Source: an uncultured delta proteobacterium
GTDB taxonomy: Bacteria > Desulfobacterota > Binatia > HRBIN30 > BPIQ01
Reading direction: 5' to 3'
NCBI GenBank assembly: GCA_963761335.1
Contig: CAVXGR010000018.1
Location: 1,123,522 to 1,187,521 of the forward strand
Length of the DNA stretch: 64,000 nt
Position 1 is the first letter of the stretch. Each line of letters begins with the position of its first letter. The notes beneath the pieces are model-generated. The model had not been told where the DNA came from. It saw only the letters and a program-made list of their open reading frames with translations, and searched no databases. Below are positions 28,916 to 39,380 of the stretch, piece by piece. The translations under genes were made by a program, and so were the position numbers.

Positions 28916-30043
28916 ATGCTGTCCAAGTTCGACGACTACCCGGTCCACCAGACGTCCGAGCCGATTTCCCAACCCGCTTCGAGCGACCGCAACGCCTATG
29001 ATCGCTACTGGTTCAACGGCTACGCCGCCGACGGCAGCTTCTACTTCGGCATCGGCGCCGCTCTCTATCCGAACCTCGGTATCATGGACTGCGGCTTCTC
29101 GATCGTCCGCGACGGCGTGCAGCACTCCTTTCACGCCTCGCGGCGCGCCCCCCGCGAGCCGAGTGAGGTGGAGGTCGGTCCCTTCAAGCTCCACATTCTC
29201 GAGCCCATGCGGCGGCTGCGGGTGACCATCGCCGAGAACGAAACGGGGATCGGCTGCGATCTCACCTTCGCGCCGCGTACCGCCAACGTGCAGGAAGGCC
29301 ATCAGACGGTTCACCGCGCCGGACGTCTGCTGATGGACGCGACCCGGTTCGACCAGTTTGGCCGCTGGCAGGGGGAGATCCGCTGCGACGGCGGCTCGCT
29401 CGCCGTCGACGCGCGCCACGTCTATGGCACCAAGGATCGCTCCTGGGGGATTCGCCCGGTCGGCGTGCCCGATCCGGGTGCGGCGCCCAGCTACGAGCTG
29501 CCGCAGTTCTTCTTTCTGTGGTCGCCGATACAGTGGAAGGACCGCTGCACACTCGCCAGCGTCTTCGAGGACGCCGATGGCCGCCGCTGGCACTGGGACG
29601 GCGCCGTTCTGCCGGCATATGAGTCGTCGGACGACATCCCCGGGGTCGAGGATCCGGCGACCCGGCATCTGCTCGGGGTCGATCACCGGCTCTCCTTTCT
29701 CCCGGGCACCCGGCGCGTGAGCGCCGCCGAGATCACCCTGATCGAGCCCGCAGGGGTTCGCAGCGTCGTCGAGCTCGAGCCGGTGCTCTGCTTTCAGATG
29801 AAGGGGATCGGTTACACGCACGCGGAGTGGGGACACGGCATGTGGAAGGGAGAGCTGGCCATCGGCAGCGAGTCGTGGCGCCTCGACCAGCTCGATCCGA
29901 TGGCTTTCGACACGCAGCACGTCCAGCAGGTGATGAAGGCGCGCTGCGGCAGTGAAGAAGGGATCGGCATCCTCGAGCAGCTCTGCATCGGCCCGCACGC
30001 CCCCTATGGCCTCGAGGGATTTCTCGATCCGCAGGAAAAGTAG
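28916..30043 (+). CDS. Conserved hypothetical protein (beta-rich, tocopherol-cyclase/AttH-like fold possible)
   Basis: AAGGAG RBS, start MLSKFDDYPVHQT and a KDRSWGIRP motif. Confidence 0.7.
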   Translation: MLSKFDDYPVHQTSEPISQPASSDRNAYDRYWFNGYAADGSFYFGIGAALYPNLGIMDCGFSIVRDGVQHSFHASRRAPREPSEVEVGPFKLHILEPMRRLRVTIAENETGIGCDLTFAPRTANVQEGHQTVHRAGRLLMDATRFDQFGRWQGEIRCDGGSLAVDARHVYGTKDRSWGIRPVGVPDPGAAPSYELPQFFFLWSPIQWKDRCTLASVFEDADGRRWHWDGAVLPAYESSDDIPGVEDPATRHLLGVDHRLSFLPGTRRVSAAEITLIEPAGVRSVVELEPVLCFQMKGIGYTHAEWGHGMWKGELAIGSESWRLDQLDPMAFDTQHVQQVMKARCGSEEGIGILEQLCIGPHAPYGLEGFLDPQEK

Positions 30044-30298
30044 AGGAGGCGTCCCGCCTCCTCGGCGCCCCGGAGGGGCGTAGGCATGTAGCCCCGGGTC
30101 GGAGACCCGGGGAATTGACGGGAATCATGCCCTCGCGCCCCGGAGGGGCGCGGGCGCGTCCCTCGAGGTCGTCGGCTGTCCCGTATGCCGGGTGGGTATG
30201 AGCTCGCCACCAAGCTGCTCGCACCCGGCGACTCCATTGCCTGCGCCCCTGCGGGGCGCTGATCTGGGTCGCCTGGGTACCTTTCCCCGGTTTTCACC

Positions 30299-30584
30299 CG
30301 GGGCTACACGCCCGCGCCCCTCCGGGGCGACACGCCTGGGCCCCTCCGGGCGTAACACGCCCGCGCCCCTCCGGGCGTAACACGCCCGCGCCCCTCCGGG
30401 CGTAACACGCCCGCGCCCCTCCGGGGCGTCACGCCTGGGCCCCTCCGGGGCGACACGCCTGGGCCCCTCCGGGCGTAACACGCCCGCGCCCCTCCGGGCG
30501 TAACACGCCCGCGCCCCTCCGGGGCGTAACACGCCTGCGCCCCTCCGGGGCTACACGCCCGCGCCCCTCCGGGGCGTCACGCCC
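30299..30584. repeat. Tandem array of ~25 bp CACGCCCGCGCCCCTCCGGG(G)CG(TAA) units
   Basis: About 11 adjacent copies with no unique spacers. Confidence 0.85.
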
Positions 30585-30677
30585 GACAAATCCAAAGCTC
30601 CGGGAGGTGGCGAGATGCGGCGTCTACCGCCGTTTCGCTGGCGAAGACACCCTGGCCGCGATAACATCCCGAGTTGC

Positions 30678-33611
30678 ATGAGCTTGACGCGCAGGGTTGC
30701 GGTATCGATCGTCTTGCCGATGTTGCTGGTGCTCGGCTGCGGCAACGGTGATGCTCCGGGAGGAAGCTCGATCAAGTCGGTTCAGCTGGAAGGCGCCGAG
30801 GCGCACTGCGGAACCTCGGTCGGTCCCTGCCGTTGCAATCAGTACTGCCAGAAGACCAACTGCGGCCTCTGCCGCGGCGCCGCCGCGGCGCTCGCGGTCG
30901 AGCCCCCGGCGCAAGGGGCGACTGCCTGCGCCGACGGCCTCGCCGGTGCCTATCCCTGCTACAACGTCGACCTGCTGTCGTTCCTGCCGCTGAGCGCCAT
31001 CGGCGGTGGCATGGGCAACGACATCTGGGGGTGGACGGACCCGTCCACCGGTCACGAGTACGCCCTGATGGGCCGCAACAGCGGCACGTCGATCGTCGAC
31101 ATCACCGATCCGGCGCAGCCGCTGTACCTCGGCGACCTGCCGACGCACAGCATCAACTCCCTCTGGCGCGACATCAAGGTCTACGATCACTACGCCCTGG
31201 TCGTCAGCGAAGCGCCCGACCACGGCATGCAGGTCTTTGACCTCACCGAGCTGCGCACGGTCAGCAATCCGCCGGTGACCTTCTCGGAATCGGCCCACTA
31301 CGCCGGCTTCAGCCATGCCCACAACATCGTCGTCGACGAGGACACCGGCTTCGCCTACGCCGTGGGAACCAGCACCTGCGCCGGCGGTCCGCACGTCGTC
31401 GACGTGCACGATCCGCTGCAGCCGGTGTTTGCCGGCTGCGTCGCCGGCGACGGCTATACCCACGATGCCGAGTGCGTCGTCTATTCGGGACCGGACGTCA
31501 TCCACGCCGGCCAGGAGATCTGCTTCAGCGCCAACGAGGATACCCTCACGGTCGTCGACGTCACCGACAAGCAGACGCCTCTGCAGCTGTCGCGCACCGA
31601 CTACGTGGGACGCGGCTATACGCATCAGTGCTGGCTGACCGATGACCAACATTATCTCCTGCTCGACGACGAGCTCGACGAGCTCAACGACGACCACAAT
31701 ACGCGCACCTACATCTGGGACGTCTCCAACCTGGCGGCGCCGGAGGTGATCGGCACGTACACCTCGCGAAACACCGCCATCGATCACAATCTCTACGTCC
31801 GCGGCGGCTTCGCCTTCGAGGCCGATTATCGCAGCGGCCTGCGCATCCTCGATCTGGACCGGGTGGCGTTCGGCGAGCTGCGCGAGGTGGCCTTCTTCGA
31901 CATCTTCCCGCCCGACGACGAGCCGCAGTTCAGCGGCGCCTGGAGCGTCTATCCGTTCTATCCGAGCGGCGTTGCCGTAGTGAGCGGCATCGAGCAGGGG
32001 CTCTACGTTGTGCGGCCGCATCTGAGCGCCGACCTGCCGACGGCGACCGCACCGCCGTCGCTGACGCCGACGATCAGCGCCACGCCGACACCGACACCGA
32101 CCATCACCTTGACGCCGACGGTCACGCAGACGTTCACGCCGGTGCCCCCGGGAGGCGATCTCGCCCAGGGCCGCCCGGCGACGCAGTCGAGCAGCGGCTT
32201 CGGCGGCAGCGCCGACCGCGCCGTGGACGGCAACACCAGCGGCAACTGGGCGGACAGCTCGCTGAGCCATACCCTCCTGGACGACCAGGCGTGGTGGGAA
32301 GTGGACGTGGGCAGCGTCCAGCCGATTGCCAGCATCGAGGTGTGGAATCGCACCGACTGCTGCAGTGACCGGCTGAGCGATTTCTGGGTGCTGGTGTCGG
32401 ACGATCCGATCGCCTCGGCCGACCTGTCGGCGGCGCGGGCGCAGGCGGGCGTCTCCGCCTACTTCACCGCCGGGCAGGGCGGAACCCCGACGAGCATTTC
32501 CGTCAATCGCACCGGTCGCTACGTGCGCGTGCAGCTGAGCGGCCGCAACTATCTGTCCCTGGCCGAGGTGCGCGTCATTCGCGCCGCGGCGATCACGCCG
32601 ATGTCGCCCACGGCCACCGCGACCGCCGCCGCGACCGGGAACTTGGCCCTCGGCAAGCCGGCGGCACAGTCGTCGATGATCGAGGGCGCCGTCCCCGGGC
32701 GCGCCGTCGACGGCGTCACCGACGGCGGCTGGTCGTCCGGGTCGGTGACCCATACGAACCTGGAAGATCAGCCGTGGTGGAGCGTCGACCTCGGCGCTGT
32801 CGAGCCGATCGCCACCATCGACGTCTGGAACCGCACCGATTGCTGCGCCGATCGGCTGACCAGCTTCTGGGTGCTGGTGTCGGATACGCCTTTCGCCTCA
32901 CCGCAGCTGGACACGGCGCGGGGGCAGGCGGGTGTCTCCGGCTACTTCGTGGCCGGCACGGCGGCAACGCCGACGACCGTGGCGGTGGGACGCAGCGGCC
33001 GCTACGTGCGCGTCCAGCTGGCCGGGCGCAACTATCTCTCGCTGGCCGAGGTGCAGGTGTGGCGCGGCGACGGCACCCCGGGGGTGCCGTCGCCGTCGCC
33101 GTCGCCGTCGCCGACGCCGACGCCGTCGCCGTCGCCGACGCCGACGCCGTCGCCGTCGCCGACGCCGCCTCCGTCGACACCCGACCTGGCGCGCGGTCAG
33201 CCGGCGGTGCAGTCGAGCACCGGCTTCGGCGGCACCGCCGATCGCGCCGCCGACGGCGAGACCAGCGGCGTCTGGGGCTTCGGCTCGGTGAGCCACACAC
33301 TGCTCGAGGCGCAGCCGTGGTGGCAGGTCGACCTCGGAACGTCGCAGGCGATCGGCTCGATCGAGGTGTGGAACCGCACCGATTGCTGCAGCGCGCGGCT
33401 GAGCTCGTTCTACGTGCTGGTCTCCGACGTGCCGTTCGCCTCGTCCGACCTGGCCGCGAGCCTCGCCCAGCCCGGGGTGTCGAGCTATGCCGTGCCCGGC
33501 GAGGGCGGCACCCCGACGGCGATTGCGGTCGGCCACAGCGGCCGCTACGTGCGCGTGCAGCTGTCGGGCACGGACTACCTGTCGCTGGCGGAAGTCGTGG
33601 TCAAGCCCTGA
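30678..33611 (+). CDS. Choice-of-anchor-B/LVIVD-type secreted protein with three F-type (fucose) lectin domains
   Basis: NDIWGWTDP, WRDIKVY and HNLYV motifs; three repeats of H-x26-RTDCCxxR separated by PT/PS linkers. Confidence 0.82.
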   Translation: MSLTRRVAVSIVLPMLLVLGCGNGDAPGGSSIKSVQLEGAEAHCGTSVGPCRCNQYCQKTNCGLCRGAAAALAVEPPAQGATACADGLAGAYPCYNVDLLSFLPLSAIGGGMGNDIWGWTDPSTGHEYALMGRNSGTSIVDITDPAQPLYLGDLPTHSINSLWRDIKVYDHYALVVSEAPDHGMQVFDLTELRTVSNPPVTFSESAHYAGFSHAHNIVVDEDTGFAYAVGTSTCAGGPHVVDVHDPLQPVFAGCVAGDGYTHDAECVVYSGPDVIHAGQEICFSANEDTLTVVDVTDKQTPLQLSRTDYVGRGYTHQCWLTDDQHYLLLDDELDELNDDHNTRTYIWDVSNLAAPEVIGTYTSRNTAIDHNLYVRGGFAFEADYRSGLRILDLDRVAFGELREVAFFDIFPPDDEPQFSGAWSVYPFYPSGVAVVSGIEQGLYVVRPHLSADLPTATAPPSLTPTISATPTPTPTITLTPTVTQTFTPVPPGGDLAQGRPATQSSSGFGGSADRAVDGNTSGNWADSSLSHTLLDDQAWWEVDVGSVQPIASIEVWNRTDCCSDRLSDFWVLVSDDPIASADLSAARAQAGVSAYFTAGQGGTPTSISVNRTGRYVRVQLSGRNYLSLAEVRVIRAAAITPMSPTATATAAATGNLALGKPAAQSSMIEGAVPGRAVDGVTDGGWSSGSVTHTNLEDQPWWSVDLGAVEPIATIDVWNRTDCCADRLTSFWVLVSDTPFASPQLDTARGQAGVSGYFVAGTAATPTTVAVGRSGRYVRVQLAGRNYLSLAEVQVWRGDGTPGVPSPSPSPSPTPTPSPSPTPTPSPSPTPPPSTPDLARGQPAVQSSTGFGGTADRAADGETSGVWGFGSVSHTLLEAQPWWQVDLGTSQAIGSIEVWNRTDCCSARLSSFYVLVSDVPFASSDLAASLAQPGVSSYAVPGEGGTPTAIAVGHSGRYVRVQLSGTDYLSLAEVVVKP

Positions 33612-33660
33612 GGCGCCTCTCCGCCCGCCGGTGCCCGAAAAGCCCCGGGTGCGGCCGCGG

Positions 33661-33980
33661 AAAGATGCGGGGAGAGGAGGTCCGCACCCGCGGCGCGGAA
33701 ACGTCATCGCAAGCGTCTGATCAGTGAATCAGGACGCCGTCCATTTTCATCGTCTGTTGGTGAGCCGCAAGGCTAGTAATGCACTGCTTCGAAAGTGTCT
33801 TGGGTGAAGGTCTGGCGGAGCCCCGGCGCTCCGGGGGTGGAGGCTTATCGCTCCGGGTGGCGGAGGCTTATCGCCCCGGAGGGGCGCAGGCATGTAGCCC
33901 CGGGTGCCAACCCGGAGACGCGTCCCGATTGGCCCAGATCAGCGCCCCGGAGGATCCCCGGCCTCACTTTCATCGTCTGC
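33661..33980. repeat. Composite MITE/REP-like repeat, copy B
   Basis: Aligns by eye to 28140-28400. Confidence 0.72.
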
Positions 33981-34102
33981 TCTTCCGCAGGCAATGCGGG
34001 AGAGGGAACTCTCGCCTGCCGCGGCGCGGAGGCCAACCGATCATTGTTGTCAATGGCTCGCATTCCGCCGCTCAGCACACTACTTACGCGGGGGTCTCTG
34101 CA

Positions 34103-34602
34103 ATGAACGTGCGATCCGGCTCCCCGCCGATCACGACGCCATCTGCGCCGTGCACACCGCCTCGTTCCCGACCCCCGGCGAGGCGGATCTGGTCGATGAG
34201 TTGCGGGCGGCCGGGCACCTCTGTGCATCGCTGGTGGGGGAGAACGACGGCGAGGTCGTCGGCCACGTCGCCTTCAGCCCGGTGCGCGTGCCGGGCGCGA
34301 CCGATGGCCTGGGTCTGGCTCCGGTGGCCGTGTTGCCGGCTCTTCGGCGGCACGGCGTCGCCGCGCAGCTCATTCGAGAGGGGCTGGCGGTGTGCAGGGA
34401 GCTGGGCTGCGGCTTCGTCGTCGTGCTCGGTGAGCCCGACTACTACCGCCGCTTCGGCTTCGCGCCGGCGAGTCGCTGGCGGCTGCGCGACGAGTACGGG
34501 GGTGCAGAGGCCTTTCAGGTGTTGGAGCTCCGGGCGGGTGCAATCCCTGCGAGTGGCGGAGTTGTCCACTATGCTCCGGAGTTCGCCGTGCTCGGGGGCT
34601 AG
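34103..34602 (+). pseudogene. GNAT N-acetyltransferase (YhbS-like) with an apparent 5' frameshift
   Basis: EADLVDELR, LAPVAVLP and VVLGEPDYYRRFGF motifs. The ATG at 34103 (MNVRS) is out of frame with the gene body by one base. Confidence 0.7.
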
Positions 34603-34614
34603 AACGGGCGGGAG

Positions 34615-35880
34615 CTATCGCAGCGTCAACTGCAGCGAGTTGAGGCCGCGGAGCACCATGGAGCGCTTCCAGTCCTTCGGCTGGCGCTCGCCGTCCAGAT
34701 CGGGAAAGCGGCGGAGCAGGGCGGACAGGGCGATCTGCCCCTCGGCCCGCGCCAGTGCCGCGCCGAGACAGAAGTGGGCGCCGTAGCCGAAGGCGAGATG
34801 ATCGGTGTCGGGACGGCTGAGATCGAGGCGATCGGGATCGGCGAAGCGCGCCGGATCGCGGTTGGCGGCTCCCAGGCAGAGGGCGACGAGATCTCCTCGG
34901 CGGATGCGATGCCCGTCGATCTCGAGATCGACGGTGGCGACCCTGTCGGTGAGCTGAATCGGGCTGTCGTAGCGCAGCAGCTCCTCGACGGCGTTCTCGA
35001 TCAGCGCCGGATCGTCCTGCAGGCGCCGGCGCTCCTCGGGGTTGCGCAGCAGCGCCAGCACGCCGTTGCCGATGAGGTTGGTGGTGGTCTCGTTGCCGGC
35101 GCCGAGGATCAACATCGCCAGCGAGAACAGCTCCGCCTCCTCTAGCGAGTCTCCTTCCTCTTCGACGCCGACCAGGCTGCTGATCAGATCGTCGCGCGGC
35201 GCGACTCGGCGCTGCGCAAAGACGCGGCGGAAGTAATCGGTGAGCTCGAGGTAGGCGCGCTCGGCCGGCCGCATGCCGTCCTCCGCCTGGAGCGGATCGA
35301 GCAGGGCGACGAGAGCGTCCGACCATCTCTTGAAGCGCTCGCGGTCCTCGACCGGCACGCCCAGCATCTCGGCGATGACGACGACCGGCAGCGGGTACGC
35401 CAGGTCGCGGATCAGATCCATCTCGCCGCGCTCGCCCGCGGCGTCGAGCAGCTCGTCGACGATCCCCTCGATGCGCGGCCGCAAGCTCTCCACCCGGCGC
35501 GGCGTGAATGCCTTGCTGACCAGCCGCCTCAAGCGGGTGTGATCCGGCGGATCGAGCATCAGCAGGTTGCGCTCGACGGCGCGCCTGAAGTCCGGCTGCA
35601 GGCCGCCGAGCAGGTCCAACTTCTGGAAGGCCGTCGACTGCTGGCGGTTGACGGAGAAGCGAGGATCCTGCAGCACACCGGTAATGTCCGCGTGCCGCGT
35701 CAGGATCCAGCCGCGAAAGACGCGGCTGAAGAAGACCGGTTTCCGCGCCCGCATGCGGTGGTAGACGGGATACGGATCGTGGCGGTAGCTACGCAGGAAC
35801 GGGTTGAACCCCCCGAAGAGCGGGTTGAGAAGCCGCAGCGGCCATTCGAGAGCGATGAGCCATTGCACGAATCGGAGCAC
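34615..35880 (-). CDS. Cytochrome P450
   Basis: DPPDHTRLR, AGNETT, EELLR and FGYGAHFCLG motifs. Confidence 0.96.
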   Translation of the reverse strand: MLRFVQWLIALEWPLRLLNPLFGGFNPFLRSYRHDPYPVYHRMRARKPVFFSRVFRGWILTRHADITGVLQDPRFSVNRQQSTAFQKLDLLGGLQPDFRRAVERNLLMLDPPDHTRLRRLVSKAFTPRRVESLRPRIEGIVDELLDAAGERGEMDLIRDLAYPLPVVVIAEMLGVPVEDRERFKRWSDALVALLDPLQAEDGMRPAERAYLELTDYFRRVFAQRRVAPRDDLISSLVGVEEEGDSLEEAELFSLAMLILGAGNETTTNLIGNGVLALLRNPEERRRLQDDPALIENAVEELLRYDSPIQLTDRVATVDLEIDGHRIRRGDLVALCLGAANRDPARFADPDRLDLSRPDTDHLAFGYGAHFCLGAALARAEGQIALSALLRRFPDLDGERQPKDWKRSMVLRGLNSLQLTLR

Positions 35881-35913
35881 GGCACTCGCATAGCACGGCG
35901 GCGGCGGAGCGGG

Positions 35914-36951
35914 CTACTTTTCGAAGCGCGCCACCGCGTCGGCGGCGGCGGCGCGGAACAGCGGCCTGTGCTGGACCGCCTCTTCGCGCAGGCAGGCCTC
36001 GGTGAACTTGATGGCGTGCTCGTCGCCGGTGGCGATGGCGCGGTCGACCAGGGTCTCGCGATCGACGTCCGCCGAGGGAATCTCCGCCGGCGCGGCGCGC
36101 TCCGCGAACACGGCATAGAGGGCGGCCAGCGCCTGCCAGGCAAAGCGCAGAGTGCGGGCGGTGACGGCGGTGTCGAGGTGGGGCTCCAGCAGGCGTACGG
36201 CGCTGGCGCCGGTGAGCACGTGCACGATGCCGATGAGGTCCGTGTGTGCGGCGTTGGCGAGGTAGATCGACGCCGCCACGCCGGTCAGGTCGTCGAGGAA
36301 GGCGCGCGGATCGGGTGCCGGATCGACGAGGTCGGCTGCGGCGGTGAACGGCCGGTAGCTCTCCAGCGCCTCGAGCTGCTCGACGATCAGGAACTTGCCG
36401 TTGCGGCGCTCCGGCGGCAGGATCGCCACCCGCTCGATGGCGGCGCTCGGTAGTGCGGGCGCCGGGTGGGGACCGAGCTCACCGGGAGCGCGGTCGTAGC
36501 GCGCCGCCCAGTAGGCGAGGCCGAGACAGAGCTCCCGCCGCCGCTCCGCCGTGTCGCTCTGCGCCAGGGACCGGCAGGCGTGCGCCGTGCGGATCACCCC
36601 GTGGGCCGCAGCCGTGATGATTCCTGGAGCCAGGCGCTCGACCCAGCGGTTCACCATCTGCGGCCACGGGCCATCCCGCAGCTCGGCTTCGAAGAAGGCG
36701 GCCCAGTCGGCGGCGCGCCGGCCGTCGCCGAGGGCATCGCGCCAGCTCTCGGCGTGGATTGGATCCCTGGCGGACGGCGGCGCGTCGAGCTGTTGGACAT
36801 AGGCGTCGACCCAGGGGCCGATGGCGTCCTCGCGGTTCATGGCGCGCAGCGCTTCGACGGCCATCGGTCCGTGGTTGGCCAGCTCGAGGGGGCCGTACTC
36901 GGGGCCGTAGCGGTGCAGGAGCTCGAGAGCCTCGTCGAGAGTCGTGGGCAT
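35914..36951 (-). CDS. Questin-oxidase-family (DUF4243-like) protein
   Basis: ANHGPM, HGVIRTAH, HVLTG and DEHAIKF His motifs. Confidence 0.75.
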   Translation of the reverse strand: MPTTLDEALELLHRYGPEYGPLELANHGPMAVEALRAMNREDAIGPWVDAYVQQLDAPPSARDPIHAESWRDALGDGRRAADWAAFFEAELRDGPWPQMVNRWVERLAPGIITAAAHGVIRTAHACRSLAQSDTAERRRELCLGLAYWAARYDRAPGELGPHPAPALPSAAIERVAILPPERRNGKFLIVEQLEALESYRPFTAAADLVDPAPDPRAFLDDLTGVAASIYLANAAHTDLIGIVHVLTGASAVRLLEPHLDTAVTARTLRFAWQALAALYAVFAERAAPAEIPSADVDRETLVDRAIATGDEHAIKFTEACLREEAVQHRPLFRAAAADAVARFEK

Positions 36952-37010
36952 GGCAACACTCCTTTCTCTTCGTGCCGCAGGTCGGGTGCCGATACTTCCG
37001 ATAGTATAAG

Positions 37011-37029
37011 CTTTCGTAAGTTACGCAAG
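37011..37029. promoter_or_regulatory. Imperfect palindrome, candidate operator between divergent genes
   Basis: CTTTCGTAA-G-TTACGCAAG in an AT-rich intergenic region. Confidence 0.45.
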
Positions 37030-37074
37030 CAGTCTCTTTCGAAAGATGTGTTTCCGTGGCAGACTGGGGCGGTC

Positions 37075-37755
37075 ATGGGGAACGACGCGATTTCCCGAGG
37101 GAGCGACGCGGCGCGCCACCGGGTGCTCTTTCATCTGAAGATGCGCGGGCCGCAGACGGCGGCGCAGCTGGCGCGCCGGCTCGATATCACCCCGGTGGCG
37201 GTGCGCCAGCACCTGCGCCGACTCGAGGAGGAAGGTCTGGTCGAGGCGACGGCGGAACGCCGCGCCTTGGGGCGGCCGGTGAACATCTTCACGGCGACGG
37301 CGGCCGCGGCGGATCATTTTCCCGACACCCATGCCGACCTCACCGTCGAGCTTCTCGGGTCCATCCGCGCCACCTTCGGCGAGCGCGGCCTCGATCGGCT
37401 GTTGGCGGCGCGGGCGCGGGCTCAGCTCGAAACCTACCGCGCTGGTCTTCGCCGCGCCGCATCGCTCGAGGGGCGTGTCGCGGCGCTCGCCGACGTCCGC
37501 CGCCGGGAGGGATACATGGCCGAGTGGTCGCGGCAGCGGGACGGCTCGTATCTGCTGGTCGAGAACCACTGCCCGATCTGCATCGCGGCGCGCGCCTGCC
37601 AGGGTCTCTGCCGCGACGAGCTGGCGCTCTTCCGCGCCGTCTTCGGCCCCGGCGCCGAGGTCGAGCGCACCGATCACATCGTCGCCGGCGCCCGCCGCTG
37701 CGCCTATCGGATCTCGCGACGCCTCAAGACGCGGCGCGCGCGCCGCGGTTCTTGA
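37075..37755 (+). CDS. ArsR/SufR-like HTH transcriptional regulator
   Basis: HTH (AVRQHLRRL..GRP) with ENHCPIC..LC..C cysteine motif. Confidence 0.85.
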   Translation: MGNDAISRGSDAARHRVLFHLKMRGPQTAAQLARRLDITPVAVRQHLRRLEEEGLVEATAERRALGRPVNIFTATAAAADHFPDTHADLTVELLGSIRATFGERGLDRLLAARARAQLETYRAGLRRAASLEGRVAALADVRRREGYMAEWSRQRDGSYLLVENHCPICIAARACQGLCRDELALFRAVFGPGAEVERTDHIVAGARRCAYRISRRLKTRRARRGS

Positions 37756-37820
37756 GGCTGCCGGGTGTAGGCGGCGGTGAGGCCGGCGACGCCGGCGCCG
37801 ATGATCGCGATCACCGGGCG

Positions 37821-39380
37821 CTACGACACCGGCAGGTCCTCGGCGATCTCGGGCACCCGTGTCAGCTCCGCTGCCGCGTCCTTCATGGCGCCGTGCTCGA
37901 CGGCGCGCGACAGCACCTCGGTCTTCGTCGGTCCCTGCTTGTCGCCGAGAAACGGCTTGACGATCAGGTACAGCACGTCGCGCATCGGCATGTGGCGCAG
38001 GAAGCGCCGCAGGAGGCGCAGCGTCTGCAGCGGGTAATGCGTCAGCTTGTACGCGAAGAGCCGCCGCAGCCCGGCATTGCGCTCGGCGTTGATGACCGGG
38101 CCGGGCAGGCAGGTCGGATCGATCTCCGAGCACTTGAAGTACTTGTACCAATCGTCCGCGTCGTTCACCAAGCCGCGCCCGACATACTCCTGCCACAGAG
38201 GCGTGCCGCGGTAGACGCAGAGGCGATTGAAGCCGAAGGTGTCCAGGCGGAGCTTGGAGGCGAAGTCGAAGGTGGCGCGGATGTCCTCGAGCGTCTCGTC
38301 GGGGTTGCCGACGACGAAGAAGCCGTGCACGATCTCGATCCCCGAGCGCTTGGCGTTGGTCACTGCCGTCTCGACCTCCGCCAGGGTCTGCTCCTTCTTC
38401 AGCCGATCGAGCACCTTCTGACTGCCGCTCTCGATGCCGAACATGAGCGTGCGGCAGTGCGCCTTGGCCATCGCCGGAAAGAGATGCTGGGCGGTGGAGT
38501 CGACGCGGCCCTCGCAGCCCCACTGGATGGTGACGCCGTTGTCGTTGATCCCCTGGCAGATCGCCTCGATGCGCTTCGGCTGCAGGAGGAAGTGGTCGTC
38601 GACGAAGTAGACGGAGCCGTAGCCGAGCTCCTGGAGGTGCTTGAACTCGGCGATGACGTGCTGTGGGCTGCGCGAGCGCCACTTGCCTTCGTTGAAGATC
38701 GGGATGTCGCAGAACACGCAGGGCCAGGGGCAGCCGCGCGACGTCTGCATGGTCGTGAAGCGCTCCATCGACAGCACCGCGGGGACGTCGAGCGGCATCG
38801 ATTCCACGAAGTCCAGCGGCAGGCTCTCGCGATCCGGGAAGGGCCACTGATCGAGGTCGCGGTCGAGCATCCGGTTCGGATTGTGAACGACCTGGCCGTC
38901 CTTCGCCCAGGTCACCCCCGCCACCTCGCCCGGATCGTCCAGCCGCTCGATCAGGTCGAGGATGAGCTGCTCGCCGTCGCCGCGGCAGACGAAGTCCACC
39001 TCCGGACACTGGTGTTTCACCAGCTGGGCGTTGAGAGTGGCGAAGACGCCGCCGAAGGCGAGGCGGGCGCTGATGCCGGCGGCGCGGATCTGGCGCGCCA
39101 GAATCTTCGCGTACGGGTAGCTGGTGGTGCTGAGAAAGCTCAGGCCGACGAGGTCGGGCTGCTGCCGGCGGATCTCCTCGATGATGACCTCGTTGGGCGT
39201 CTCCGGATTGGCCTGGTCGAAGAGGAGGCACTCGTGGCCGGCGCGTTTGAGCACCGCCGAGAGCGCCATGATGCCGATCGGCGGAAAACCCATCACCCGG
39301 ATCCGGCCGTTCTTGGCGCGGCTGGCCGCCGGCAGGGCGTAGAACTGCGGGTCGCGAACGTTTACCAGGAATGCGCGCAC
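37821..39380 (-). CDS. B12-binding radical SAM protein
   Basis: SRGCPWPCVFC, N-terminal cobalamin-binding domain and GIESGS. Confidence 0.92.
   Translation of the reverse strand: MRAFLVNVRDPQFYALPAASRAKNGRIRVMGFPPIGIMALSAVLKRAGHECLLFDQANPETPNEVIIEEIRRQQPDLVGLSFLSTTSYPYAKILARQIRAAGISARLAFGGVFATLNAQLVKHQCPEVDFVCRGDGEQLILDLIERLDDPGEVAGVTWAKDGQVVHNPNRMLDRDLDQWPFPDRESLPLDFVESMPLDVPAVLSMERFTTMQTSRGCPWPCVFCDIPIFNEGKWRSRSPQHVIAEFKHLQELGYGSVYFVDDHFLLQPKRIEAICQGINDNGVTIQWGCEGRVDSTAQHLFPAMAKAHCRTLMFGIESGSQKVLDRLKKEQTLAEVETAVTNAKRSGIEIVHGFFVVGNPDETLEDIRATFDFASKLRLDTFGFNRLCVYRGTPLWQEYVGRGLVNDADDWYKYFKCSEIDPTCLPGPVINAERNAGLRRLFAYKLTHYPLQTLRLLRRFLRHMPMRDVLYLIVKPFLGDKQGPTKTEVLSRAVEHGAMKDAAAELTRVPEIAEDLPVS

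Noticed and set aside
30299..30584. Possible CRISPR array
   Set aside because: Units are contiguous with no unique spacers, and there are no cas genes in the window.
33088..33170. Poly-Arg ORFs / microsatellite
   Set aside because: These are alternate-frame readings of the Pro-Ser/Pro-Thr linker in the lectin-domain gene.
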